A DNA stretch of 64,000 nt, from positions 24,366,001 through 24,430,000 of the forward strand of contig NC_043016.1 of assembly GCF_006345805.1 (NCBI RefSeq), given 5' to 3'. Below are positions 38,830 through 50,814 of the stretch, piece by piece. The notes beneath the pieces are model-generated. The model did no database searches, was not told the origin of the DNA, and saw nothing but the letters and a program-made list of their open reading frames with translations. The position numbers and the translations under genes are program-made. Source of the DNA: Octopus sinensis. Its lineage: Eukaryota. How positions within the stretch are numbered: the stretch's first letter is position 1; each line of letters starts with the position of its first letter.

Positions 38830-39300
38830 ACTAGTTAGTACCTGGCCTTAATTGACCTTCAGAAGGTAGTTGATCAAGTGCACCAAGGTGTACTCTGATG
38901 AATGAAGGAAAGCTCAGGTGTAGTATATGTAGGTCTTGTAACTGTGCAAACATGTTTAACTTTCATTTTGATGCTAAGCAAGGTGTGTACCAATAGTCTA
39001 TGTTAAGCCACCAACTTTGCATCATTGTAAAGATCCAATTTTAAATGTCCTTGAAAGCTGCTCTGTACTGATGACCTCACAAGAATGGTCGAAAGCACTA
39101 CTAAACTGATTCTTCATAGAGAAGAATGATCTTTATAAAAAAGTCTTAAGTTCAAGACAAATTCGGAAAGGAAAGGTTTTGGTAACATGGCTACATGGTG
39201 TTTGTCATGATGGTAGAGTAATCATATCTCAAATCACAACATACAATAGGTAAGAAAGCAATGTGCTGATGTGCATGGCAGGCTAAACCTCAAAACTTAA
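38830..39300 (+). mobile_element. RTE LINE reverse-transcriptase fragment, highly decayed
   Basis: YLALIDLQKVVDQV (cf. FVDLEKAFDRV), KQGVYQ*SMLS (GVHQGSVLSP), CP*KLLCTDDL (CPWELLYADDL). Confidence 0.7.
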
Positions 39301-40210
39301 GTTCAAATATAAATATTTTTAGTATTCTTCCCAAACTTTAAGAAGTGACTATGGGTAGTAAAAATCTGGAGTTGATGGTTAATTTTGTTGTTTAGATAAC
39401 CAAACAGGAACAAAGAGTCAGTCTGTTTAGGAAAAAATCATGATCATCTTTTTCTAACCAATAGTAATATATTTACAATTACCTCAAAAATGAATTTATT
39501 GTATTAATCAAGTAAAATCTGGCCAGTAGATCAACCTCTGCTCTACACAACTTTTCAACAGAAAGGATTTATTTGAATTAAGTTAATTTTGTTTGTGTAT
39601 TAGTGAGAGGGTTATGATCACCAACAGCATGAGAAAAAGGAAGGTAATCAGAAGGTGATGGGCTGACACCAAACACAACATGGTTCAAAACTCTACAGCA
39701 TAGCGGAGTCTCACAGCCTATAACCCGTCTCTCTATTCTCTTCTTTAGCCTTGATTGTGATTAATACCATGGTAACTGAAAAAACTATACAAATAATGAG
39801 ATCATGCACACTGAACAGACATTAACTGTAATCGGAAATATCAACACAGATAATGAACTCTGATTCAAGACTAAGAAAAGTTGAAATTATAAAACCACCA
39901 CATCATCCTAATGACATCCAAATCAGTCTCTGGTAGCATAGGCAAAACAGTGCAGCTTTAAAGAGTAATTGATCTAACAACATAAATACAGATTTAATAA
40001 AAAAGAAACCTACATTATGAATGATGAATGACTGACTACACATGTTCTTGTACTTTTTACACATAAATTAAATATCCACTTAATTTCTTATCAATTTATC
40101 CTTTTGTTAAATCAATATTTTCTACTTCAATTTCTAAACAATATCATGGTACAACATAAATGTCAAGAAAAAGCTGTTAATATAGAGAAAATCTAAGTAA
40201 TATAATTTTT

Positions 40211-40440
40211 AAAGGCAGAATCATTAGCACACCAGACAAAATATTTAGCATCATTTCTTCCAGTTTTACATTTCACATTAAAATTTTGAACTCAAATCCT
40301 GCCAAAGGAAACTTTTTCCTTTCCATTTTTTTAGGGTCATTAAAATAAAGTACAATCAAATACTGGAGTCAATGGTATAAACTAACACCCTCCCCCAAAA
40401 CTGTTGGCCTTATGCCTAAACCAAATGCAATTATTATTAT
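40211..40440 (+). mobile_element. SINE family A copy, old
   Basis: GGCAGAATCATTAGCAC head, GAACTCAAATCC box, degenerate core. Confidence 0.65.
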
Positions 40441-41228
40441 TGAACTTTTCTTAGATTAGCAAATGGAGGTGAAAGAATGACGAATAGCCAATAAAAATCC
40501 GAACTTGATATTTACTACAAAGAAATGTGATGAATGGAAAATAGTTCCAGGAGGAAAAGAAAGATTAGTTTGGTTATGTCCAAAGTCTATAAACAAACAT
40601 GCATTGTGGTTTACTAAAAAAAAAAAACAGGAGAAAGAATACAATAGTATTTCAATGACAGTTGATAAAAGAACAAGAAAGCTTACATAGAGAACACTGC
40701 CAGCTAGTGGACTAGAGTTTGTGATAATAGATATACATGGGTCAGAATCAATTATATAATCACATTAGTGAAGCTTACACAGGTCTTATAAAGGGTCAAT
40801 TATAGATCACAAAGTGGATGGTCAGAATCTTGGGGTTAGTAGCTTGCACTCTTAACCACTACACCATATGGATGGTATTCTTAAAAATAATTTTATCTGG
40901 TCTGCATAGTTTAGTATTCCAGACATAACCATTCTGCTTGTTTAGGCTATTTTGAACCAAATCTTTTATAATGATAAAATGGATTATTGAGATTTGTATC
41001 TCTACATAGTAAATCATCATTGGTTTGTCAGGCCTATGTAAAATGGTTACTGTTTAAATCTGTTTCAGTATTCCTGTTAAATATTTATACAGTTTCACTG
41101 AAAAAGCACCCTAACCATTGAGTTCAACTTCTTTTTACCTTCACCATTATCAAAGTAAACAGCCAGTTTGCATTCATATCTGGCTTCAGATACCTATATT
41201 CCTTTTAAAATAGAAGATACTTATTATG

Positions 41229-41270
41229 GTTTCAATATCTAAACATTTTCAAATGTTTAGATATTGAAAC
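41229..41270. repeat. Perfect inverted repeat, 20-bp arms with a 2-nt spacer
   Basis: GTTTCAATATCTAAACATTT-TC-AAATGTTTAGATATTGAAAC. Confidence 0.95.
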
Positions 41271-41839
41271 TGTAGTATATATATTGTGTTAATAATAGTA
41301 ACAGTGGTGAAGACCTTCTCATAAGTATTGAATCATTAGCATAATGAAAATACATTATATATTTCTCATTCCAACAATTGAAATTACCAGTTCTTCCTTC
41401 CCAAAATTTGTCTACTTGAAACTATACAACTGCTCTCAGAAAAACATTGTTCCAATTCACAATTACAACCAAATCACATCTTAGCAAAGATGTAAGTGAA
41501 AGGTCTGGTGATTTAGACAGAGTAAAAAGAAGATTGTATGTAACATTAAAAAAAAATCATGTGAAACTACATCTGAACATTTTTTTTTTTTTCTTGTTTA
41601 GACATTGTTTAAAAAGTCAAGATTTAGCAAAAATATAACACTGAATTTTTTTTTTTTTAAATTCCATAAATATTGAAAAATTGAAAATTATATTTTAAAT
41701 GTTTCTGTAAACATAAAACAAACAAAACGCAAAGTAATTCAAAGTACAGTTTATCCAGATTCATATTTAGATACAAGATCAATTCTTATTTTTCTGCATG
41801 ACAATCTAGCAAAAAAATAAATAAATAAAATTATTTTAC

Positions 41840-41875
41840 CTTAAACCACCGGCAATGGATTTTGAATTTTGGCAT
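41840..41875 (-). CDS. Candidate start-codon exon segment MPKFKIHCRWFK (exon 41840..41931)
   Basis: ctttaattcag acceptor at 41931, AAG/gtaaaa donor, ATG in AAAATG context with an in-frame TAA upstream. Ends in phase 0, as exon 33444 requires. No homology support. Confidence 0.4.
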
Positions 41876-42784
41876 TTTGTCATGCAAAATTAAATCAAAA
41901 TGATAAAAGCCTTAAAATTTTGGAATATCCTCTGAATTAAAGACAGTGTACTACACAAATTATCTAACAATCTGCTTGAATAGAACACTTCTCCAATTTA
42001 TAAATATTAACATTTGCAATGACATTTGCAAAAACAAAGTTGAGGATTGGTCAGGCAATGATCTTGACACTATTTTCAAATACAACTTGAATCCCAGGTA
42101 ATAATTGGTGGACATATTTCAATAATGCTGAAGTAGTCTGTAGATTAGAGATCAATGTTCTACTGTAATCAATGAAAGGCAGCATTGTTTCAGACTAATA
42201 CCATATGACATTATAAGGCTAGCTGTAAGAATAGCACAACATAACTAAGCTTTTACTTAAATCCTAAATTGCTGTTAAACAAAGACACAAGAACTCTAGT
42301 ATGAAAAATCACAAAACTATACATCTAAATGTGACCTATTAAATCTACATCTTATATGTAAGGTAAACATGCACAAAACATAAGACAAGTGAACTATTGA
42401 ACTTGAACAATTACAAATGAGCAACAATAAACTCAGTATGAAAATACTTTGAAGATACTTAATACTACATAAATAGATATTTTTAACCTTTCAATCTAAA
42501 TATCCCTTCTTTTTTTTTTAAACATAAATAATGTGGAGGGAGCAACTGCTTAATTCACACTTTTATATTTAAGAAAAATGGTTGAATTCTAATAAAGAGC
42601 CTTACAGGCTGTTCTGTTTCATAGATTCATGTTGAAGTTTAGTTATCAGTCTTCACATTTTGTCAAGTGTATGTGTGTGAGAATGTGTGTGTATATAATA
42701 GAGTACAATTAATGTAACAATTGTTTCTAACACAGATGCAAGGCTGAAAATTTGAGGCAGTTGAAGGTGGTGGTGGTCAATTAA

Positions 42785-43002
42785 CCCTTCAGACTTCAGG
42801 TTGCTATCAAATGGAATGCTTATTCATTCACACTGCTTTCAATTAATCATGCAATATCTTAGAGCTTTGAGATTTCAGTGATGTGATTGTATATTTTTAG
42901 AATGACATTATGAGTTATGTACGAGAGGTTGGACCTGGCCAGTTTGAACATAAAACAAGTAGAATATTTGGACCAGATATGGCCAATTTAAATGCTAATG
43001 GG
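42785..43002 (-). mobile_element. piggyBac-type MITE, family 2 copy (inverted)
   Basis: TTAA on both sides; reverse complement of the 33750 copy. Confidence 0.8.
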
Positions 43003-44199
43003 TTAAATTAATTTCAGTATCTGACTGGTATACAATATCAAAAGGAAAAATTGCAACTTCATATGCAATAAGCTACTCACATATAGGAAATAGTACATAC
43101 ACACTCATATACATACACACTGTTATTCTCTAAATATTCACATGCTACAATCAACAACTCAAAGACTTGCTGCTTCATTCTGTTTCTATTTTTTCAATTA
43201 CTTTTAACAGCTTCTACTCCTTTGAACAGACTGGTAGGATACCTCCATTACCAAAGACCAATTAAGGTGCTCTTCTCTCTTCAATTTAGCAACCTTACTG
43301 TGTCTTACACTAAACATTCCTCGGATCCTTTCTTTCCAAACTGTAACCCACTGGAATTTCTCATCTCAGCCCCAGTTTGTCCCTCAATGATCCACCTGCA
43401 AATATTCAAACTCAAAACCAATCTCATCTGTAAGTACCAGTAAAGATCATGGGGACTGCTCCCTCATAATTTATTGAAAAAAAGAAATAGCATTTAAGCA
43501 TAAAAATATATACCAGTTTGTAAATATTTCATAATTAACATCTAAAGATTATCATGTAATCTCTCTATAGGAAGACGTTTGTGCCTGTCCCTCTATCATC
43601 ACAGGCATTTACACCCCATTTACTATAACCTCATTCAGTTTGGGGGGGGAGGTTGTCCTGCAAGTTACTGGTCACTCGAACTGCAGCCAGTGCCACAAAG
43701 AAACTATCCAGTACACTGTAAAATAGTTAGTGCTAGGAAGCCACAGAAACCCCAAAGCAGACATTGGAGTTCAATGCAGTCCTCCAGCTCATTGTCCAAG
43801 CTATACCAACATGGAATATGGACATTAAATGATGATGATATAAAACTGTCAACTTATCAAATCATTTTTAAGTGATATAGAGAAATAGAGAAAAACATTT
43901 AATCCAAAAACTGACCACATCTAATATCGGTATTATCAATCTTCATATAGCTACAACACCATTACTTAGATTTCCAAATCACTAACAGGACCCACAAATC
44001 CTTTACTGAAGTATGGTAAAATAATAGGCAGAAGTTACAGATAACATGTTGAAAAGTTCAGTGAGACTTTATGCAGTCAGACAGGACACCAGAATTTTAA
44101 GTTGACAAGATGCTCAAGAATAGCTGGTAAAAAATGTCATAAACAAAAGAAATTAAATTATCTGAAACATGGACTTTGAATGCAGAATACTAGAGATTG

Positions 44200-44530
44200 A
44201 AAAGAAATGACACAAACATACTTCATTGCATGTGCAATGTGAGCATGCATGAAATAATTAGTACAAAGGCGCTGAATGAAAAACTATGTATAAGAAGAAT
44301 CAGATGTGTTCAAGAAAGAAGACTGAGATGATATGGTCATGTGATGCATATGAATGAGGACAGCTGTATAAGGAAAGGCCATTCACTTAACATTGCTGGA
44401 ACCAGCAAAAGACTCAGGAAGATAGGGGCTGAAGTAATGAAAGCTGACCTCAAGACCTTGAGCCTGACTGAAGAGATGACAAAGACCAGGATCTCTGGCA
44501 ATATGAGATTCTCAAAAAGACTCAGCCTCT
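44200..44530 (+). mobile_element. RTE LINE 3' coding end
   Basis: (Y)GHVMHMNEDSCIRKGHSL...EVMKADLKTLSLTEEMT matches the RTE C-terminal RWYGHVMRMDEDSCVKK...VKHDLRTLGLTEAMT. Confidence 0.78.
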
Positions 44531-46718
44531 TTAGGAAGACTGGGTTCTGGAAGTGTTACATTTTGGGTCCTTCATCTGTTATAGTGACTTTCCCCTCTTA
44601 TGCACTATGTCTACCTGTTCCCCCTCCTTCTCTCTTATCCTTCCCCATCCCACCAACAACTGTATCATCTTTATCGCTCCTGTGACTCACTGCTCCATGC
44701 TCTTCTGCATCCTTTTATTTTCCTCACCTCATAACTCGTCTCATCCCTCCTTCCACCCTGCCTATTTTGGCAGTCTGCCTTCTCCTCAATGACCTTACCA
44801 AACAATCACACAAATCATCCACCCACCCACTTCCACCCAGCTTCTGCCTTGTGGGGCACTGGTTACTTTTTTTTTCTTTTGTGATTTCAATAGTGCAGGT
44901 TCTACAAAAAAGGCACCCAGTCCATCATGTAAAATGGCATTAGAAAGGGCATCCAACCAAAAACAGACTATATCAAAGCAGACATAGGAGCTCAATGCAG
45001 TCCTTGGACACATCAATTTCAGTCAAACTGTCCAACCTATGCCAGCATGGAACATGGACATTATATGATATCTGAGCTAAGTTATGAATTAGTACTGTAG
45101 GTGGAGCTAGGTGTAGTATATAGCCTAGATTTAAAATAATATGGGTGAAATTAGTAAACTGCTTTTACCAAGTCAAAAGCAGAATATATGATGTATAAGT
45201 AAAAGGTTAATTTTCTTTATAGCAGTAAAAATCTGAATAAATGAATGCAGATATAGCAAATAGAGAAACAAACCAAGCATTATCTATTAAATGTACAGTA
45301 TTAATATACAGGAAGTACTGTACAAAAGTAATTTGAAAACCTAGCTTGAGGTATGTTGAAAAGATCAATATAGTGTTGTGGACATATAAAGCAAATAGAT
45401 GTTGCATACTTAATGAATGTGCCATGAAATCACGGAAAAGATGCCGATCATTATTACTGATTAACTCTAGGTTGGATTCATTCAAGCTGACCTAGTTACA
45501 AATAGTTTAAATCCAAAGAAGATATAATTGGGTCAGACCTGGAAATATTAGGTTTCAGGGGTGAGATAACCTAACACTAGAATGTACAGGATTGGAGCAC
45601 ACATAAAATGTTAAGATGATCTTGATCAGATTGTTGCATTGTAATATATTGTAACACACACCAAATACATGATAATCTGGAAAAAAACATCATCATCATT
45701 TTAATATCTGTTTTCTATACTGGTATGGGATATTTGGTCTGACAGGTTTTAGCAAACTACAGAGCTGTGCTGAACCTCTGTGTCAGCTTTAGCATAGTTT
45801 CTATGGTTGGTTGCCTTTCCTTAATGCCAATCACTTAACAGTGTACACTGGCTGTTAAGTGACTTGCAAGAACAGGGGAAAATGCCTCTACAACAATAAA
45901 ATCTTATGTTCTTTTTCTTTTTCTTCTTTTAATGAAAATTAATAATTCATAGATAAGAAACTACATTGCTATAATACTGGCCACTAGGGTCGTTTAATGT
46001 ATTCTGCCTCAATACAAGACATAATTCTATTTGCTTCAGTTTGACTGACTGATTGACACCAAACCTATTTAACCTTTAAATCATTCAAATGGATACTTCT
46101 TTAGTTGTTGGACTAACCACAAGGTCAGGGGATCAAACCTTACAGCAGAAATTTCACTGTGCATCTCAGCAAAGTACATGAATTTTGAAATTTGCCTAAT
46201 GACTGAAACAAGCACTATTACTTTATGGTTGAGGAAACAGCAAGGTGGAATCCTAGTTTCAAATGCTTTCATCCAAGAAATAAAGCAAAAAAAATTTTTT
46301 TTAATTCTTTTTAAAATAAAAAATGGACATAAAACTAAAAAAAAAAAAAAATGTCAAACATGCTAGAATGTCTATCTTAATATTGATACAGAATGAGTTC
46401 TTGTGATATTTGAAATTTTTCTTGTGTTACCAAATCTACTAAACTTGCAATTGAATTATTTTCAACAAGTAAATATGTAAACACTGATTGCCAAATTATT
46501 TTTCATAGAAAAAGTGAAAACCAAAAAAGAGGACAGGAATAAAGAAATTGAGATAAAGATTCACAATTTGAACTGTTTTACATGTAACAATGTTTACATA
46601 AAACTTTCACAAATGAGTAACATAACCCAAGCTTAACAGCAATATTTGCTTTGGAGCTAAATAGCAGCATTCTTCCCTTTCTTGTGACTCCCACAGTAAG
46701 TTGGCAACAAACCATCAC

Positions 46719-46720
<2 letters not shown>

Positions 46721-46762
<42 letters not shown>

Positions 46763-46788
46763 GTGTGTGTGTATATATATATATATAT
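46721..46788. repeat. (TG)n(TA)n microsatellite
   Basis: Direct reading; abuts the large palindrome. Confidence 0.95.
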
Positions 46789-47270
46789 TATTAACATTAG
46801 ACGGATATTTGTCCTCATCTTGTTTGTTGTTAACACGGTTTGGCTGATTTACCCTCCAGCCTTCATCAGGTATCTTGGGAAAATTTCGAACTTGGGTTCT
46901 CATTCCTAAGGTATTTTTCAATATTATTATGATTATTATTATTATTCAGGTTACTGCCACGAATTGAACTCAGAATCTTGGGGTTAGTAGCCCGCATTCT
47001 TAACCACTACGCCATATGCTGTGGCATAGTGGTTAAGAACGCAGGCTACAAACCCCAAGATTCCGAGTTTGATTCCAGGCAGTGACCTTAATAATAATAT
47101 CAAAAAATTACCTTAGGAATGAGAACCCAGGTTCGAAATTTCCCCAAGACACCTGATGAAGGCTGGAGGGTATATCAGCCAAACCATGTTAATAACAAAC
47201 AAGATGAGGACAAATATCCGTCAAATGTAAATAATGTACATAATTCCTCATCTCTTAAATATAGAATTAT
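46787..47270. mobile_element. Head-to-head pair of a tRNA-headed element with a hammerhead-like tail (family D), forming a ~450-bp palindrome
   Basis: 46787..47018 is the imperfect reverse complement of 47019..47235. Head GGCATAGTGGTTAAG...GAGTTTGATTCC; tail CTGATGAAGGCTG...CAGCC. An isolated head fragment also lies at ~40822-40870. Confidence 0.88.
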
Positions 47271-47277
47271 ATATATA

Positions 47278-47691
47278 TCATCATCATCATCGTTTAACGT
47301 CCGCTTTCCATGCTAGCATGGGTTGGACGGTTCAACTGGGTTCTGGCAAGCCCGAAGGCTGCACCAGGCCAGTCAGATCTGGCAGTGTTTCTACAGCTGG
47401 ATGCCCTTCCTAACGCTAACCACTCCGAGAGTGTAGTGGGTGATTTTATGTGCCACCGACACAGGTGCCAGACGAGGCTCGCAGACGGCCACGCTCAGAT
47501 GGTGTTTTATGTGCCACTGATACAGGTGCCAGACGGCCACGCTCGGATGGTGTTTTTTATGTGCCACCGACACAGGTGCCAGATGAGGCTGGCGAACGGC
47601 CACGATCGGATGGTGTTTGTTACGTGCCCACAGCACGGAGGCCAGTCGATGCAGTACTGGCTACGGTCACGTTCGGATGGTTTTCTTATGT
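47278..47691 (-). mobile_element. SINE-like family C copy with RTE-like (GAT)n tail and four internal ~50-65-bp tandem units, CpG-rich
   Basis: On +: CATCATCGTTTAACGTCCG...CTGGATGCCCTTCCTAACGC. Units ATGTGCCACCGACACAGGTGCCAGA...GGATGGTG at 47449-47690. Other copies at ~8528, 29597, 45690, 47954 and 55920 (-), and ~44870, 50560, 58880 and 61755 (+). Confidence 0.82.
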
Positions 47692-47923
47692 GACACGAGA
47701 GTATAAAAATGGTGGGGAGCAGGGATGGGTTGGGTTGTATCTTTGTGTGTGGTAATGCATGTGTACTTACATTTAAGTGAGTGCAAAGGAGTGGTGTTGA
47801 ACTGGTTGGCTGCCACTGATTCGATTCGGTGGTGAGAAACAAGGTGACGAGTGAGTGCATGGGTGTTGCTGTGTGTACATATGCGTTTCTGATAGATCAG
47901 TTTATGCTGTTCTTTGAACATGA

Positions 47924-47956
<33 letters not shown>

Positions 47957-48673
47957 TCATCATCATCATCATCATCATCATCGTTTAACGTCCGTTTTCC
48001 GCGCTAGCACGGGTTGGACGGTTCGACCGGGGTCTGGGAAGCCAGGGGCCGCTCCAGGCTCCAGTCTGATCTGGCAGAGTTTCTACGGCTGGATGCCCTT
48101 CCTAACGCCAACCACTCCGTGAGTGGAGTGGGTGCTTTTTACGTGCCACCTGCACAGGGGCCGGGGGGGTCCGGCATCGGTCACGATCGGTTCGAGCTTT
48201 TAACGTGCCAGCGGCACGGGGGCAACAGGATCCGGGGTACTTTGGGGATCAGTAAAATCAAATATTAAAGATACAAATAACAAAACAACATAAGTCAAAA
48301 GGACATACACATGGAATGTATTAGCTTGAAACTCAGAATAACATGGAAAAAAAGAGTTGGGAAAAAGTTCAAGTACATGTGCGCTACATAGTTGAAGTGA
48401 CCAGAAGTGGAAAGAGATAGGGAAAGTGGCTTTTAAGACACGAGAGTATAAAAATGGTGGGGGGCAGGGATGGGTTGGGTTGTATCTTTGTGTGTGGTAG
48501 TGCATGTGTACTTACATTTAAGTGAGTGCAAAGGAGTGGTGTTGAACTGGTTGGCTGCCACTGATTCGATTCGGTGGTGAGAAACAAGGTGACGAGTGAG
48601 TGCATGGGTGTTGCTGTGTGTACATATGCGTTTATGATAGATCAGTTTATGCTGTTCTTTGAACATGATCTAT
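47692..48673 (+). repeat. Two ~237-bp direct repeats (47692..47928 and 48437..48673) separated by ~510 bp
   Basis: GACACGAGAGTATAAAAATGG...GAACATGATCTAT occurs twice, offset 745, with only a few substitutions. Confidence 0.92.
47954..48240 (-). mobile_element. SINE-like family C copy, CpG-rich
   Basis: (CAT)n then CGTTTAACGTCCG...GGATGCCCTTCCTAACGCCAACCACTCC. Confidence 0.82.
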
Positions 48674-49336
48674 TTTTTTTCATACTATTTTTAAACTTGG
48701 CCACTAGCATTATTTCAATCAGTTTGTCTGATTATCTTCAGTGACATACATGTTGACTCCTGGGTTATGTTTTGTCAACCTCAACTTACAAACACGAGTT
48801 GAATGTACTGGTTGCAAGTAATTTATTAATCAAATTACTGTATTTCATCATATCAAGAAAGTAAAGTCATATTGGTGTTCATTTAAAAATAAAATCATAT
48901 TAATCGCTATTCCAAAGGATATCAAGCTAAAGGCTACATTTCTAGCATTCAATTGAAGGCAATGATTAAAAAAGCTAAAAGACGAAGCCAAGAAATATAA
49001 CTATAGATTCTGTAATCAAAGAGCAAGCTAGATTTGTAACTGTTTCTACAACAACATAGTCATCAGACTTGTCTTCAATCTCTGGATAATCATTTAGCAA
49101 AAAAGAAAATATAGCCTTTAAGTTAATGATGTTAATACTGATGATGGCAGCAGTAATGTTCACAGTAAGTAATGTTCACAGTAAGTTCTCATCAGAGAAA
49201 AGAAAAATATGGTCTGAATGACCTCCCCAATTCTATAATTGGAATGTCCTTCACCATGTGGCAAATGAGATCCTTTCTTTTCTTTTCAAAGTCTAATGTT
49301 GTTGCTAAGAGCAAGGGATGTGCAAAATAAGTCCAA

Positions 49337-49552
49337 CCCTTTGGCGTTTAAAGTGGCCTTATCCAACCCAAATATTCTACCTGTTTTATGTTCAAACTAG
49401 CCAGATCTGGTCTCTCTCACCTACCCTACAATGTCATTACAAAAATAATTACATCACTGAAATCTTGAAGCTACAAGATAATGCATGATTAATTCAAAAC
49501 AATGTCAATAAACAAGCATTACATATGACATAGGAATCTGAATGCTAAAGGA
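49337..49552 (+). mobile_element. piggyBac-type MITE, family 2 copy
   Basis: CCCTTTGGCGTT ... AATGCTAAAGGG; internal similarity to the other copies; TTAA flanks eroded. Confidence 0.75.
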
Positions 49553-50814
49553 CTAGACATTACACAGTTGATATTTTCATCAAGTAATGCAAGCGACATT
49601 TGGAAATTAAAAGAAATATAACATCTTCCTACCAAGCAGTGAATAAACACACAGCAGTTGGCAATGCAAATGGGTAGATGAGAGAGATAAGGCTATTGCT
49701 GCAACCAGATAGTTGTAATCATTCCGGCAAACACAAAGACATTCAAATGACAGAGCCGTAGATACAGATACAACACTCCAAATGTCTTCTGCTTTAATCT
49801 TATTACAATTACGATGCATACAGTGTTTGGCTTTTTAAAATGTAAATTTACACACATTCCTTTAGGCTGTGTCCAGCATGTTACCATCCTTATGTTAATG
49901 TTGTAAACAATAATATAAAGTCAAAACTCCCAGTAAATAGAGCACATGATGAATTTTCAATTTCCTATTTCTGTAAGCCCTTTGTTTGAACAAACAAAAA
50001 TGGTCCTGATTTCCATTTCATGCACCTCTAGGGGGGAAAAAAATTATAAAGCAACTTAAATGCAATCTTGATTGACTTAACTTGATGAACTTAGTTTTTC
50101 TGCAATTGTTGATAACTTGAAGAGTTCACATGCAGAAAAAAATATTTAAAGAATTATAATTCTTGTATCAAAATGAAAATTTGGGAGTTTCTGCAAAAAG
50201 GAACATATAAAAGAATATTCCAAGAAACATATAGATAAAGATAAAATTGTTGTACTAAGTTTCCGTCTTTCCAACAAATGAAGGGACTGTCATCACCCTG
50301 TTTTCTTCTGTATGCCATCATACTTTTACTCCTTTTCTCCAATATATCCTGGCTTTCTGTCTCACTATCTCCCCTGTGACATTGCCTTCTATCATTGCCT
50401 TATCTTCTTGGCCATATCACCTTGACTATAAATACATATCTCAAAATACTAAGTATTTTCGTTTCCCAACACACATTCCACAAATCAGTATTGTCTGTAA
50501 CTCTCACTGTGTAAAGAGGTTGGTAAACAAGCAGATATGAGGAATCATGAGGTCACTTTTGACATTTAGCAGGCAGGCTACCTCTCTAGTGCTGGTACCA
50601 TGATATAACATGCATCTGGCACATTCTATAGAGTGATTGGAGCTAGGATGGACACCCAGCTGTAGAAATTATGCCAGATGTGGTCTACTAAGCCATTTAG
50701 ATGGACAGTATCCTCGATTATGTGTTCATTCCAACTGCAGTAGCAGCCCATCTAACCCATGCAACATGGAAAACTGACGTATAATACTTGTACTTACTTT
50801 CTCAAAGAATTGTA

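Noticed and set aside
47003-47090. tRNA-like sequences here and at ~46955-47015, 62315-62400 and 1700-1785
   Set aside because: They are SINE heads continuous with repeat bodies, without a complete cloverleaf; not called as tRNA genes.
48975-49190. ORF with DYPEIEDKSDDYVVVETV and a 16-bp tandem repeat (AATGTTCACAGTAAGT x2)
   Set aside because: No matching splice pair or homology; not linkable to the B56 gene.
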